DNA from: Chara braunii
Taxonomy: Eukaryota; Plantae; Charophyceae
NCBI GenBank assembly: GCA_003427395.1
Contig: BFEA01000023.1
Span: 5,795,338-5,859,337 of the forward strand
DNA: 64,000 nt
Direction: 5' to 3'
The position numbers and the translations under genes were made by a program. The notes beneath the pieces were generated by a model. It did no database searches and had not been told where the DNA came from. It was given only the letters and a program-made list of their open reading frames with translations. Positions 1 through 11,160 of this stretch are shown here, in pieces (positions within the stretch are counted from its first letter, which is position 1; every line of letters begins with the position of its first letter).

Positions 1-69
1 CATCCAGATTCAGGTAGCGCGACTTGGCCCCCGCGCTAGTGAAATTGAGAGAAGCATGTAGCTTAGGGC

Positions 70-188
70 GAGATCCCATTGGCAAAAACGATTGGAGTAA
101 GTGTCTGAATCTGGAAGTGTTTGTGGAGAGATCCCATTGGCAAAAACGATTGGAGTAAGTGTCTGAATCTGGAAGTGTTTGTGGAGAG
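70..188. repeat. ~60-bp tandem duplication
   Basis: GAGATCCCATTGGCAAAAACGATTGGAGTAAGTGTCTGAATCTGGAAGTGTTTGTGGAGA occurs twice in tandem. Confidence 0.9.
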
Positions 189-847
189 GTGCAAAAAACT
201 GTAAATGATCTGCTTTTCTGCATCTCTGCGTGGAACGCGTCCTCATTCGGGCACTTATTCCAACCCTCTTTACCAGTGGGATCTGGCCCTAACTAAAAAA
301 AAAGAAAAAAACGAGCCGCGCCCGAAAGAAGAGAACGGAGAAGGAAGGAACACTGCGCGAAGGCGGAGGGTGAATGCGGAAAGTGGAGCGGGGTATCTTT
401 TTGAAGCGGAGAATGCGCGGCAGCAGAGAATGCAGAGGTAGGGAGGGAGGAGGGGGAGGGAGCGGCGATGTGGGGGATCTGCATCGCTAGCGTTTCCGAA
501 CGGTGGTACGTGAAAGTTCTTCCTGGTTTTGCGATCTTGTGACTTTTCGGTCGTTGACTCGCGGGAAAAGTGGCGCGGCGCTGTTGCTTCTATTAATAGA
601 TGGCGCCAAGAGCGCGGAGATATCTGGAACCATCCGACTACCGGTAGGGCGGGAAAGCACGGAGGGAAGGGAAGGGAAGCTACGCCCTTGCGGGAAACAG
701 CTGCGCACTTGTAGGTAGGTAGATGGAGATCTCTAAAAAAATTACGGCAATCCCCTTGAAACGCCAAATCTTTCAGAAAAAGAAGGCTATACTATTTTGT
801 TTTGTTTTTTTTCGAAAAAAGAAGAACCCTATCGGCGAAAACGAACG

Positions 848-960
848 GAAATACAGACCTGTGTTCGAATCCAGACGATGGACCTTGACGAGTAATGAAT
901 TGCTTGGGGCCGGTCAGCTCAATGATAATATCTCAAGGCCGTCGCCCTTATAAAAGGAAA
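848..960 (+). repeat. Dispersed SINE-like/retroposed module with B-box and A-rich tail
   Basis: Contains GTTCGAATCC (Pol III B-box-like) and GGGGCCGGTCAGCTCAATGAT, followed by poly(A). Related copies at ~9908-9995 (-) and ~26060-26190 (+). Confidence 0.5.
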
Positions 961-993
961 GAAAAAAAAAAAAAAACGAACGGAAAAAACGCC

Positions 994-1022
994 AGGATGA
1001 CACGCATAAATAAATCGAGAAA
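994..1022 (+). pseudogene. U6: U6 snRNA 3' fragment (retroposed)
   Basis: AGGATGACACGCATAAA(TAAA)TCGAGAAA matches the plant U6 3' region. Flanked by the direct repeat AAAAACGAACGGAAAA. Confidence 0.7.
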
Positions 1023-3042
1023 AAACGAACGGAAAACAGAAAAAAAAAAACACGTTAGAGGGCTAGGACAGCACAGATAGGAGAAGGCAGAGGCCTAAGG
1101 AGGTTGAATAGATGTGCTTGACAGGTAATCGAGACGAGAAAAGGAAGATTGAAGTAGTAACCCACGTCATGGCTAATAGCCAGGAGATAGGAAGGAACAA
1201 ACCCAGATGAGGGAGGCAGATGACTCAAGTGACAACTAAGCGAAACTGGCTGACGCTGCCAGGATAACTCCGGGTTGAATTGTGAGGTCCCCGGCCTCGA
1301 AAGTTGGATTTGGAATAAAAAAAGAACTCGTGTCTGTAAAAAAAAAGAAAAAAAAAAGGGAAACTCCGCGAGGTTCCCTACCATCTTTTATTCGTTGTCG
1401 CACGCTCTCCTACGCGCTCCATCTATCACCGAAGCGGAACCTTAGCTCACCTCATCTGCAATGGCCGGCAACGACCTGACCAGACCTGACCTATCCTGAC
1501 CTGAGGTAATGAGAAGTGAAGAGCTTAGAACGGCCGAGAAGTGGTCTGACAGCCGCCGCAGGGAAACAGGACTCGTTATCAGCATATATGTCATCAGTGC
1601 GCGGGACCAGCGCTGCGCTGTGATGCGCTGTACAATGCGCAGCAAGAGAGAGAGCTACAGAGAGCCTATAGCAGGGGTCCCTTTGCGGGGGGAGGTTGTG
1701 GGGGAGACGCTCGGGCCCTTCGGTCTCATGAGACCGATCCGACGGTGAGAACGGCACCTCGAGAGAGGAGAGAGGGGAGACAGGCGCGAGCGGGAGTGAG
1801 GACGGACGGAAGGAAAGCGGAGCAGGCGGAGTTTGCCGTGTTGCTATACGGGGGTGGGCTAAGCAGAAGGCGGGAGGAGCGGCAAGGCGGGGACAGGTGG
1901 CAAGGCTGGAGGGGTACAGTGCTTTTGATCGCAGCTGTCGCAAAGCGAATGAGCGGGAAAAGCTGCGCGGCATTAGCGCCAATTCGTTACTGCGGCAGGT
2001 TGGGGAGATCCGCCGCACGTGCTGCGTGTGAGCTGGGCGCGACTCGCGCTAGCCCCCGCTGCAAAATGCCGCTGTAGATCAAAGATCAGCGGACTCGGCA
2101 GCAAGAGGGGAGTTGAAGAAGGGTAGAGGTGGGAAGGGCAGGGAGGAAGAATGGGATGAGATAGAACAACTACGGTAGTTGAGCCCCACGACGGCAAAGT
2201 CGGCCCGTCGGGACAGGCGAGGAGCAAGTACACGGAGCGGTGAAGTAGGCAGGGCTGCGTCGGGACCGAGGGAGGGGCGAGGCCGGCGAGACCGAGCCAG
2301 TGGGCAGGGGAAGTGCCGACAGCGGCGGGGTAACTTGAAGCTCCTCGTAGAGGGGGGCGATTCAGTCGGCGCTGGCGCTAGAAGCTGCGCGCCGAGTCGT
2401 CGGTCGGTCGCTGCGCGCGATCCCAGGTGTCGAAGACACGGAGAGACAAACTCGTCTCGCGGTGTATCCCGGAAGAATCATGACGAAAAAAAACCAATGA
2501 TGGTATGATTGCGCTTGGCGCGCAGCGAAGCCGTCTCAGCTCGGTATGCTGGGCATCCATCTTAAGCCGGCTCGCGGAGCATGCGGGTAATGTGAGGGGG
2601 TAGAGAGGACTGGAGAGGAGAAGACAGGAGACGAGAGAAAGTGAGGAAAAGGAGAGATCGTAGCTGAGGAACGAGGAGGGGACAGAGTGGAGAAGAGAGA
2701 GAGAGAAAAGATAGATGAGGAAGAGGCAAGAATGACGTGTGCAAATGAATAGTGAGCAAAACTTCTTCTTTGTTAATTGCGAAGCAAAAGAAGGGGTCGA
2801 TAGGACACACAGGGAGAAGCGAAAAAAAGACACGTAGCGTAGTACTTCTCGAAGCAAGTAGTAGAACAAGGAACGGGAGGGAGACTCTGAGGACAGAGGA
2901 GAGAGCAGGGAGGGGAGGTGTACAGTTTGTTTTTTTCGTCCGTCCGATCCATCGTTCTCTGGTGGCTCGCCACACGACCAAGTTAAGCAAGCGATCGGCC
3001 GTGCCGCCGTCGGACCTCGCAATCAGTTTGTCTAGGGATCGG

Positions 3043-3092
3043 TCGATTAATCGATTAATCGATTAATCGAATAATTGATTAATTCAATCAAT
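3043..3092. repeat. Tandem (TCGATTAA)n self-complementary repeat upstream of candidate exon 1
   Basis: TCGATTAA x3 followed by degenerate units TCGAATAATTGATTAATTCAATCAAT. Confidence 0.8.
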
Positions 3093-3169
3093 CCCGTTGG
3101 TGGAGGGCTCGGGCCCTCCGGACCTTCTGCATGGTGGTGGCTTGTTTCTCCGACGTGTTACGTGACAAG

Positions 3170-3280
3170 ATGGGCGATGCAAAGTGGAGGACTGGATTGG
3201 AAGTGTTCGTGAATGGACACAAGTATTTGACAACGACACGCCCGCTGGACACCATCGAATGTTTCATGGATGTGATCGAG
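3170..3280 (+). CDS. Exon 1 of divergent ubiquitin-like-domain protein (N-terminal half)
   Basis: MGDAKWRTGLEVFVNGHKYLTTTRPLDTIECFMDVIE ends at a phase-0 donor GAG|GTACGC. PLDTIE resembles ubiquitin PSDTIE. An alternative in-frame ATG lies at 3131. Confidence 0.5.
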
Positions 3281-3469
3281 GTACGCTCCCTCCCTGCAGC
3301 TCAAATGCCGCAAGCTGGCGTCTGCTTCTTTCTGTCACTGTCAATCATCGGTGACGTCACCCTCTATTTCTACCTCCCTCTCCCTCTCCCTCTCCCTCTC
3401 GCTCTCCCTCTCCCTCTCCCCCTCCCTCTCCCCCTCCCTCCTCTCCCCCTCCCTCTCCCTCTTTGGCTC

Positions 3470-3506
<37 letters not shown>

Positions 3507-3640
3507 TCTGGAGACCATCGAATGTTTCATGGATGTGATCGAGGTACGCTCCCTGCAGCTCAAATGCTGCTAGCCGGCGCCTGCTTCTTTCTGTCAATCA
3601 TCGGTGACGTCAGCCTCTATTTCTACCTCCCTCTCCCTCT
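3245..3640. repeat. Tandem duplication of exon-1 3' end and donor site, separated by CT-rich microsatellite
   Basis: ACCATCGAATGTTTCATGGATGTGATCGAGGTACGCTCCC... occurs at ~3251 and again at ~3514. Confidence 0.85.
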
Positions 3641-4451
3641 CCCACTCCCGCTTCCACTCCCTCTCTCGGTCCTTTGCTCTCTCTCGCTCGCTGTGTGCTG
3701 GGGAAAGGGTGGGGGGGGGAGGAAGTCGGTGCGGCTGAGCGTGTATGTATGTATGTATGCATGTATGTATGTATGTATGTATGTATGTATGTATGAGTGT
3801 ACATTGACGACGTTGTATATTATATGGTTGTATGTAGCTCATCGTGAAGGTGTTAAACTGTTTTTTTTGCAATTGCCCCGTTTGTATATGAATGCATGTG
3901 TGAGTGAGAGACAGGAGAAATGATAATCCGGCTTGTCCCCTTTACGTAAGTTAAATTCAGGGTCTGCAAAACATGATTACATCTCCCGTCATTCAGATCA
4001 GAATTTTGCTGCAACCACCAGCCTGGGGGGATTATAAGAAATCGCCTGAAATGCACAGTCCGACGGAGTGCCAATTTGCCGAACACAAACAGAAACAGAA
4101 ATCCATGTTTGCTCGTATGTATGTTTATGTATGCAAACATGCATTTTTATATATCTTCATGTATCTGCGTGTGAATATGCAGCAATCAAAAAGTCCATAG
4201 GGTTGTTGTAGTCTTGTACCGGACGGCGGACGTACAATATGGGAATATTGCGCGCATTGCCCTATTCTTTCGCCTTTTACTGAAGCATACTGTGGGCTGA
4301 GCAGTGAGCACAAGCAAGCAGCTTACTTGAAATTGTCAAAGCATACCAGAGCGCAGTCTAGAGGCCATAACAACATTACCTGCAGCCGTCACTTAAAAAA
4401 AGGAACGTCACACCTGCGGGGCTCTGATATAAAATTGTCACACATACACAC

Positions 4452-4540
<89 letters not shown>

Positions 4541-5195
4541 NNNNNNNNNNNNNNNNNNNNNNNNNNNNNNNNNNNNNNNNNNNNNNNNNNNNNNNNNNNN
4601 NNNNNNNNNNNNNNNNNNNNNNNNNNNNNNNNNNNNNNNNNNNNNNNNNNNNNNNNNNNNNNNNNNNNNNNNNNNNNNNNNNNNNNNNNNNNNNNNNNNN
4701 NNNNNNNNNNNNNNNNNNNNNNNNNNNNNNNNNNNNNNNNNNNNNNNNNNNNNNNNNNNNNNNNNNNNNNNNNNNNNNNNNNNNNNNNNNNNNNNNNNNN
4801 NNNNNNNNNNNNNNNNNNNNNNNNNNNNNNNNNNNNNNNNNNNNNNNNNNNNNNNNNNNNNNNNNNNNNNNNNNNNNNNNNNNNNNNNNNNNNNNNNNNN
4901 NNNNNNNNNNNNNNNNNNNNNNNNNNNNNNNNNNNNNNNNNNNNNNNNNNNNNNNNNNNNNNNNNNNNNNNNNNNNNNNNNNNNNNNNNNNNNNNNNNNN
5001 NNNNNNNNNNNNNNNNNNNNNNNNNNNNNNNNNNNNNNNNNNNNNNNNNNNNNNNNNNNNNNNNNNNNNNNNNNNNNNNNNNNNNNNNNNNNNNNNNNNN
5101 NNNNNNNNNNNNNNNNNNNNNNNNNNNNNNNNNNNNNNNNNNNNNNNNNNNNNNNNNNNNNNNNNNNNNNNNNNNNNNNNNNNNNNNNNNNNNNN

Positions 5196-5416
5196 AGTTT
5201 TCCATCTGGTGTGGGTGAGTGATAGTCTACTTTGATTTTGGTTAAGGTGGATTATCACTTACAGTGTAATCAGTGAGGGGATTCTACAGACTGTTGAGGG
5301 TTCAGCCTCCTGATGAGACGGTGAAACTCCGACGAAACAGTTTGTCACAGCCCCTCGTTTGTTGTCCTCTTCTCCCTCTCTGCCTACGGTTTACCGGGCA
5401 GTTCTGTTTGTGACGA
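5196..5416 (+). mobile_element. Hammerhead-ribozyme-bearing (TA)n-associated retroelement end (Penelope-like/retrozyme-like), copy abutting gap
   Basis: Near-identical to 13750-13970. Ends GTTTGTGACGA followed by (TA)n. Confidence 0.75.
5287..5344 (+). ncRNA. Type III hammerhead ribozyme (one stem II mismatch)
   Basis: Stem III CAGACTGT/ACAGTTTG, GUU cleavage triplet, stem I GAGG/CCTC, core CTGATGA (5310-5316), stem II GACGG/CCGAC, then GAAA. Confidence 0.8.
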
Positions 5417-5459
5417 TATATATATATATATATATATAACTTTGTGACAATGTATATAT

Positions 5460-5734
5460 TGTCACACAAAAACTCCCCGGTGAATCGTAGGCTGGGAGGG
5501 AGAAAAGGACAACAAACATATACATGCAGTCTAGAGAAATATATGTCACGGCCCTTGTTTGTTGTCCCAACCGGGCAGTTCTGTTTGACGGTATATATAT
5601 AGACCTATATATATAGTCAAACAGTATATTTATCTATATGTATATATATCGTCAAACAGAGCTGCCCGGTAAACCGTCGGCAGAGAGGGAGAAGAGGACA
5701 AGAAACAAGGGGCTGTCACAAACAGTTTCGTCCG
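5460..5734. mobile_element. Cluster of truncated 3'-end copies of the HHR element in both orientations
   Basis: Fragments 5460-5518 (-), 5545-5591 (+) and 5649-5734 (-) match the CTGCCTACGGTTTACCGGGCAG...TGTGAC terminus and are embedded in TA repeats. Confidence 0.7.
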
Positions 5735-5832
5735 AGTATATATGTATATGTCTACACATATGTATATATACATATAGATATATATATAATATATATATAT
5801 TATATATATAATGTATATGTCTCTATATATAC

Positions 5833-5865
<33 letters not shown>

Positions 5866-5866
<1 letters not shown>

Positions 5867-6567
5867 TGTTTCCCCCGTTGTTTGGCCCTTTGAGCGCGGG
5901 GCGGTGCTGTATGTGGGAATCGCCATCCGGGATTGTCTTCTCCTTCTTTTTGGTTGTCACATTGTGGATTGGAGCCTTTTTTTGTTTTGCTGATTTTGTC
6001 TGTACCTCGGGTGGTTTGGTCCCGTTGTTCGGGCTATCTTATGGGCGTGGCTGTGCTTTCATGTGGGACCAGCCATTCGGGTTTTTGGNATCCTGGTTGG
6101 TTGTTTCCCGTTGTTCGGCCCTTTGAGAGGCGGGGCGGTGCCTGTATGTGGGAATTGTCATCCAGGATTGTCTTCTCTTTTTTTCTTGGTTGTCACACTG
6201 TGGATCGTCGCTTTTTTATGTCTTGTCCTGGGTGGTCTTGTCCCGTTGTTTGGCCTTTGACGGAGCGGGCGGTGCTTGCATGTGGGACTTGTCATCTGGG
6301 ATCTGTCTTGTTTCCCTCTGTTCTATTTGTTTCATTTGGCTGTTCCCTTCCTCTCTTCTTTCCCTTTTGCCTTTTGGCTGTGTGCAAGTGGGTCGATATG
6401 ACACAGGGGGGTGGGGGCAGCCGCCGCTCAACCTACATCCACGTGGGCGGCCTTGTACGCAAGAGGTTCTGAACAGGGGGAGTTGTAAGGAAGAAGATTA
6501 AAAACGAATTTAAGATTTTTTTGTTATTTTGGTTTTTTGGCTTAGGCGCTCTGATATCATGTGACAA
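5866..6567 (+). mobile_element. Second (TA)n-associated repeat family with internal tandem subrepeats and a structured 3' motif
   Basis: Starts right after (TA)n and has repeated CCCGTTGTT(T/C)GG...ATGTGGGA units. Ends GCGCTCTGAT...TGTGACAATATAT. The 3' part recurs at ~8590-8848. Confidence 0.55.
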
Positions 6568-6581
6568 TATATTGTCACAAG

Positions 6582-7270
6582 CAGGGTTACCAGCCCGTAC
6601 GTACGGAGGTCCCTGGGAAGACCTCCATACGTACGGGCGTTCGGGGTCCCGTGCGTTCGGCCCCCGCCAAAAAATATTTCGGGGCCTAAAAATATATATT
6701 TTTTTCTGAATGTTTTTTTGTGAGTTCTATCTGACGTGAGGTACACGCCTATAAATTTTCAAGTCATTTAGCTTAGCCAAATAAGTATTCAAAATCGCCA
6801 AAGATGGCGGTGTCAAAACGTTCTTGCCCACATTTTTTTTCACTTTTTACTTTTTGTTTTCACTTTAGTTCGGGGTCTAAACAATTTTATTATTTTTTGA
6901 AACTTTTTCTTAGTGTGTTTTGCATTATGTGAAGTACACATATCTAAATTTTCAGGGCATTCAGCTATTCCAAAAAAAAATGAAAAATCGCCAAAGATGG
7001 CGGTGTCGAAAACGTGCTCGCAAACTCACTAAATTTAATTCTTTTTTTATTTTTTGTTATTTTTATTATTAGTATTTGTTTTCGTAATTTATTTTTATTT
7101 CAAATTTGGCAAGGAATTTGGATGTAATGCTCAGGCAAATCTTGTTTAGTTTATTTTTCTTCATAACATATCTTTTTTTCAGATTTTTTTTTTTTTTTTT
7201 TTTTTTTGGGTCCGCGTTCGGGGTCCCATACGTTCGGGCGTTCGGCCCGTCCCGAACGCCGGTTACCCTA
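6582..7270 (-). mobile_element. Non-autonomous hAT-type element (MITE), copy 1
   Basis: Termini CAGGGTTACC...GGTTACCCTA with subterminal CGTTCGG repeats. Homologous to 7533-8234, 50217-50959 and 53845-54509, in the opposite orientation. Confidence 0.75.
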
Positions 7271-7302
7271 TATATATATATATATAGATAGATATATATA
7301 TA

Positions 7303-7518
7303 TCGTCACAAATAGAACTGCCGAGTAAACCATAGGCAGAGAGAGAGAAGAGGACAAAATATATATATATAGATGAGTCGGTGAAACTCCGACGAAACAG
7401 TTTGTCACAGCCCCTCGTTTGTTGTCTTCTTCTCTCTCTCTGCCTACCGTTTACCGGGCAGTTCTGAAACAGAACTGCCCGGTAAACGGTAGGCAGAGAG
7501 AGAGAAGAGGACAACAAA
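7303..7518. mobile_element. HHR-element fragments including a tail-to-tail inverted pair
   Basis: 7303-7358 (-). 7372-7466 (+) is truncated inside the ribozyme core at GATGAGTCGG and is directly followed by the inverted copy 7467-7518. Confidence 0.8.
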
Positions 7519-7532
7519 TATATATACATATG

Positions 7533-8234
7533 CAGGGTTGCCAGCATTCGGGACGGGCCGAACGCCCGAACGTTCGGCACCCCTCTCGACGCGCCGAACA
7601 CAGACCCAAAAAAAAAAACAAAAAAAAAAAAACGAAATCCAAAAAATCTGAAAAATATATATGTTATGCAGAATAATAAACTTAACAACATTTGCCTCAA
7701 CGTTACATCCAAATTCTTTACCGAATTTGAAATAAAAATCAAATACTAATAATAAAAGGAAAATGAAATTATTGAGTGGGCGAGCACGTTTTTGACACCT
7801 CCATCTTTGACGATTTTTCATTTTGTTTTGGCTGTGACAAATGCCATGGAAACTTATACATGTGTATCTTACATAATATAGAATCTACAAATAAAGTTTG
7901 GAAAAATAATAATTTTTTTCATGCCCCAAAATAAGGAAAAATAAAAAGTGAAAAGAGAGAAAAAACAAATTAGTGAGTGGGCAAGCAAGTTTTGACACCA
8001 CCATCTTTGCTGATTGTTCTTTTTTTTTTTTGCCTAAACAGAATGGCTTCAAAATTAAGAGGGAGATACCTTATATCACAAAGAACTGACAAAAAAACAT
8101 TCAGAAAAAAATAATAATATGTAGGTGCCAGATAATTTTTTGCGGGGTCCGAACCCCTTCAGGTGCGCCCCCCGTACGGGGACCCGAACGACCGACAGCT
8201 TAGGGGCCTCCATACGTTCGGCCTGGCAATCCTG
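7533..8234 (+). mobile_element. Non-autonomous hAT-type element, copy 2
   Basis: Termini CAGGGTTGCCAG...CTGGCAATCCTG, inserted in TA repeats. Confidence 0.75.
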
Positions 8235-8248
8235 TATATATAGATATA

Positions 8249-8334
8249 TCCGACGAAACAGTTTGTCACAGCCCCTCGTTTGTTGTCCTCTTCTCTCTCT
8301 CTGCCTACGGTTTACCGGGCAGTTCTGTTTGTGA
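8249..8334 (+). mobile_element. 5'-truncated HHR-element copy
   Basis: TCCGACGAAACAGTTTGTCACAGCCCCTC...GTTTGTGA following a TA repeat. Confidence 0.8.
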
Positions 8335-8589
8335 GGTGGGGGCAGGTAAAGAAAAAAAGAAGAAAAGAAAAAGAGAAAAAAAGAAAAAAAGAAAAAGAGA
8401 AAAAAAGAAAAAAAGAAAAAAGAGAAAAAAAGAAAAAAAGAAAAAAGATACGTTGATCTGTGGGATGTGTTATTTGCTTTGTGATAATTGGATTATCTTT
8501 CTTTCCAAAAAGAGAAAAAAAGAAAAAAAGAAAAAAGATACGTTGATCTGTGGGATGTGTTATTTGCTTTGTGATAATTGGATTATCTT

Positions 8590-8848
8590 TCTTTCCCTAT
8601 CTTTCTTTCCCTGTCAGGTTTGGTTTCCTCCTCCCCTTCTTTACCTCTTTGCCCTTTGGCTGCGTGCAAGTGGGTCCTTGTGACACACGGGGATGGGGCC
8701 AGCCAGCGCTCAACCTGTCATCCACGTGGCTGGCCTTGTACGTAAGAGGTTATGAACAGGTGGAGCTTTCCTTACCTCTTCCCCCTCCCCCTTTTTTCCT
8801 TTTTCTTTTTCTTTCCCCTTTTTTGCGCTCTGATTCACAATGTGACAA
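8590..8848 (+). mobile_element. Second-family repeat, 3' fragment
   Basis: Homologous to ~6320-6567. Ends GCGCTCTGATTCACAATGTGACAATATAT. Confidence 0.55.
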
Positions 8849-8940
8849 TATATAGATAATATAGATATATATGACGATATACGTCGATGTAGTTTTTAAA
8901 GATTGTTTTTTTCTTTCTTTCGGCAATAGAAATTGGCTCT

Positions 8941-9031
8941 TAGGCGTCCTCATATCTATCGGTGGGGAGGCTCTCACCTGTACAGGCACCGGTACAGGTG
9001 AGGCTCCCCACCAATAGATATATGGAGCCTA
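8941..9031. repeat. Imperfect palindrome / small foldback element
   Basis: ATATCTATCGGTGGGGAG...CTCACCTGTAC pairs with GTACAGGTGAG...CTCCCCACCAATAGATAT. Confidence 0.7.
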
Positions 9032-10206
9032 TTTCTATTTACCAAAAAAAAAAAAAAAACANNNNNNNNNNNNNNNNNNNNNNNNNNNNNNNNNNNNNNN
9101 NNNNNNNNNNNNNNNNNNNNNNNNNNNNNNNNNNNNNNNNNNNNNNNNNNNNNNNNNNNNNNNNNNNNNNNNNNNNNNNNNNNNNNNNNNNNNNNNNNNN
9201 NNNNNNNNNNNNNNNNNNNNNNNNNNNNNNNNNNNNNNNNNNNNNNNNNNNNNNNNNNNNNNNNNNNNNNNNNNNNNNNNNNNNNNNNNNNNNNNNNNNN
9301 NNNNNNNNNNNNNNNNNNNNNNNNNNNNNNNNNNNNNNNNNNNNNNNNNNNNNNNNNNNNNNNNNNNNNNNNNNNNNNNNNNNNNNNNNNNNNNNNNNNN
9401 NNNNNNNNNNNNNNNNNNNNNNNNNNNNNNNNNNNNNNNNNNNNNNNNNNNNNNNNNNNNNNNNNNNNNNNNNNNNNNNNNNNNNNNNNNNNNNNNNNNN
9501 NNNNNNNNNNNNNNNNNNNNNNNNNNNNNNNNNNNNNNNNNNNNNNNNNNNNNNNNNNNNNNNNNNNNNNNNNNNNNNNNNNNNNNNNNNNNNNNNNNNN
9601 NNNNNNNNNNNNNNNNNNNNNNNNNNNNNNNNNNNNNNNNNNNNTTTTGGTCTTACGAGTAGAGTAATATGAATTGCAGTGTTTTTTTTGTAAAAAAAAA
9701 AAAAAGGTTTTACGAGTAGTTTTTTTTTTTTTGGGTTTTACGAGTAGAGCAATATGAATTGCAGTGTTTTTTTTGTAAAAAAAATAAAAATTATTGAAGT
9801 TCTGCAGAATGCTGGCAGGATAACTCCGGGTTGAATTGTGAGGGCCGTGGCCTCGATTGGAATGTTTTAAAATGAATTTTGAACTGTTTTGTAAAGAAAA
9901 AAAAAACGAAAGATATCATCATGGAACTGACCGGCCCCAGGTAGTTCAGAATTTTTTTCATCGCATCTGGATTGAACAGGGCTTTGTATTATTTCAACAG
10001 TTTCATGAGTGAAAGCTAGGCCCGTTGGTATCTCGGCGTTTCCCCTTAGTACATATTTTTCCTTTTAGCGACTTTTATCCCTTCCGTAATCATGATAAAA
10101 AACAGTCTTATGACACATTCTTTTCTCGGCCTGAACTCCAATTGATGCGCTTATATGCATCTATATACATACATACATACATACATACATACATACATAC
10201 ATACTA

Positions 10207-10607
10207 TGTCATTGATCTCATGACAATCATTTAACGATTTCATTAGACAACGCATGTGTCGAGCTCAAGCTCAATCTTCAAAGTAATGGTATGCAGCCTC
10301 TTATACATCTGAATACGTTTGTACGTATGTATCCGTATATACATGCAGCCCCGTATATATCCGAACGTATGTATGTACTGCTCTTGGGTGTGTGGTTTGT
10401 AATGATGAGAAGGATTTCTACTACGACTTGTCTCTGTGTGGTTTGGGCGCATTGAGCGCCAATGTGTGTACTGCTCTACAGTATCCATTCTCACGTACTC
10501 ATGTATGTACAGGCTGCATACCATTACTTTGAAGATTGAGCTTGAGCTCGACACATGCGTTGTCTAATGAAATCGTTAAATGATTCTTTGTCATGAGATC
10601 AATGACA
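10207..10607. mobile_element. MITE with ~90-bp near-perfect TIRs, TA-flanked
   Basis: TGTCATTGATCTCATGACAA...GGTATGCAGCCT is mirrored by AGGCTGCATACC...GAGATCAATGACA, with TA on both sides. Confidence 0.85.
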
Positions 10608-10613
10608 TATATA

Positions 10614-10680
10614 GTCAGTGAAACTCCGACGAAACAGTCTGTCACAGCCCCTCGTTTGTTGTCCTCTTCTTCCTCTCTGT
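10614..10680 (+). mobile_element. Truncated HHR-element copy
   Basis: GTCAGTGAAACTCCGACGAAACAGTCTGTCACAGCCCCTCG after a TA repeat. Confidence 0.75.
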
Positions 10681-10968
10681 TCGGACACCTTCAGGTGATT
10701 CAGAGGGGCGTACTACTCACACTAAGGGCATACTCACAGTAGGACTTTTTTACTTATTTCTGGACGGAATTTAGGCCAGATGCATACAGGTGCGGCCGTA
10801 AATGCGGTAAGATTCATTTAAGACAGTGCTAGTGTGAGTACGTCCCGAGTCTTTTTCGACTCCTCTGTGAACGCAATTGCGCCGAGATACGCGCAGGACG
10901 GGCCGTAATTGTAGTCAGATACATCCAGGAAAGTCCTAGTATGCGTGTAACCGGAGTCGTCACTCTTG

Positions 10969-11083
10969 CTACCCTTCTTCCCCCGAATACAACGTATGGT
11001 AATTATAGCTGCATTTGGGGTACCTCTCAGTCCAAATACAGCTATAAGGACTGTACGTTGTATTCGGGGGAAGAAAAAGGTAG
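10969..11083. mobile_element. ~110-bp hairpin MITE
   Basis: Foldback CTACCCTTCTTCCCCCGAATACAACGTA...TACGTTGTATTCGGGGGAAGAAAAAGGTAG. Same family at 36718-36828, with a fragment at 25434-25470. Confidence 0.8.
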
Positions 11084-11123
11084 TTCATCGAATTTTTGTT
11101 ATCCACACCTCTGCATTATCTTC

Positions 11124-11160
<37 letters not shown>

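Noticed and set aside
838-1036. CRISPR array
   Set aside because: Eukaryotic context, only three short A-rich repeats, unequal spacers and no cas genes.
1491-2560. GC-rich minus-strand ORFs (MDAQHTELRRLRC...) as a divergent gene
   Set aside because: Several frameshifts and stops, no recognisable domain and no consistent exon chain.
4327-5258. Long ORFs across N-gaps and (GA)n/(CA)n repeats (also near 9.0, 11.1, 21.6, 25.3, 26.5, 31.6, 40.9 and 46 kb)
   Set aside because: Artefacts of gaps and microsatellites.
6548-6559. GCTCTGATATCA as a minus-strand tRNA-Met PBS (similar at ~4422 and ~8827)
   Set aside because: No recognisable LTR pair or PPT. The adjacent TGTGACAATATAT fits a shared 3' terminus better, but an LTR origin is not excluded.
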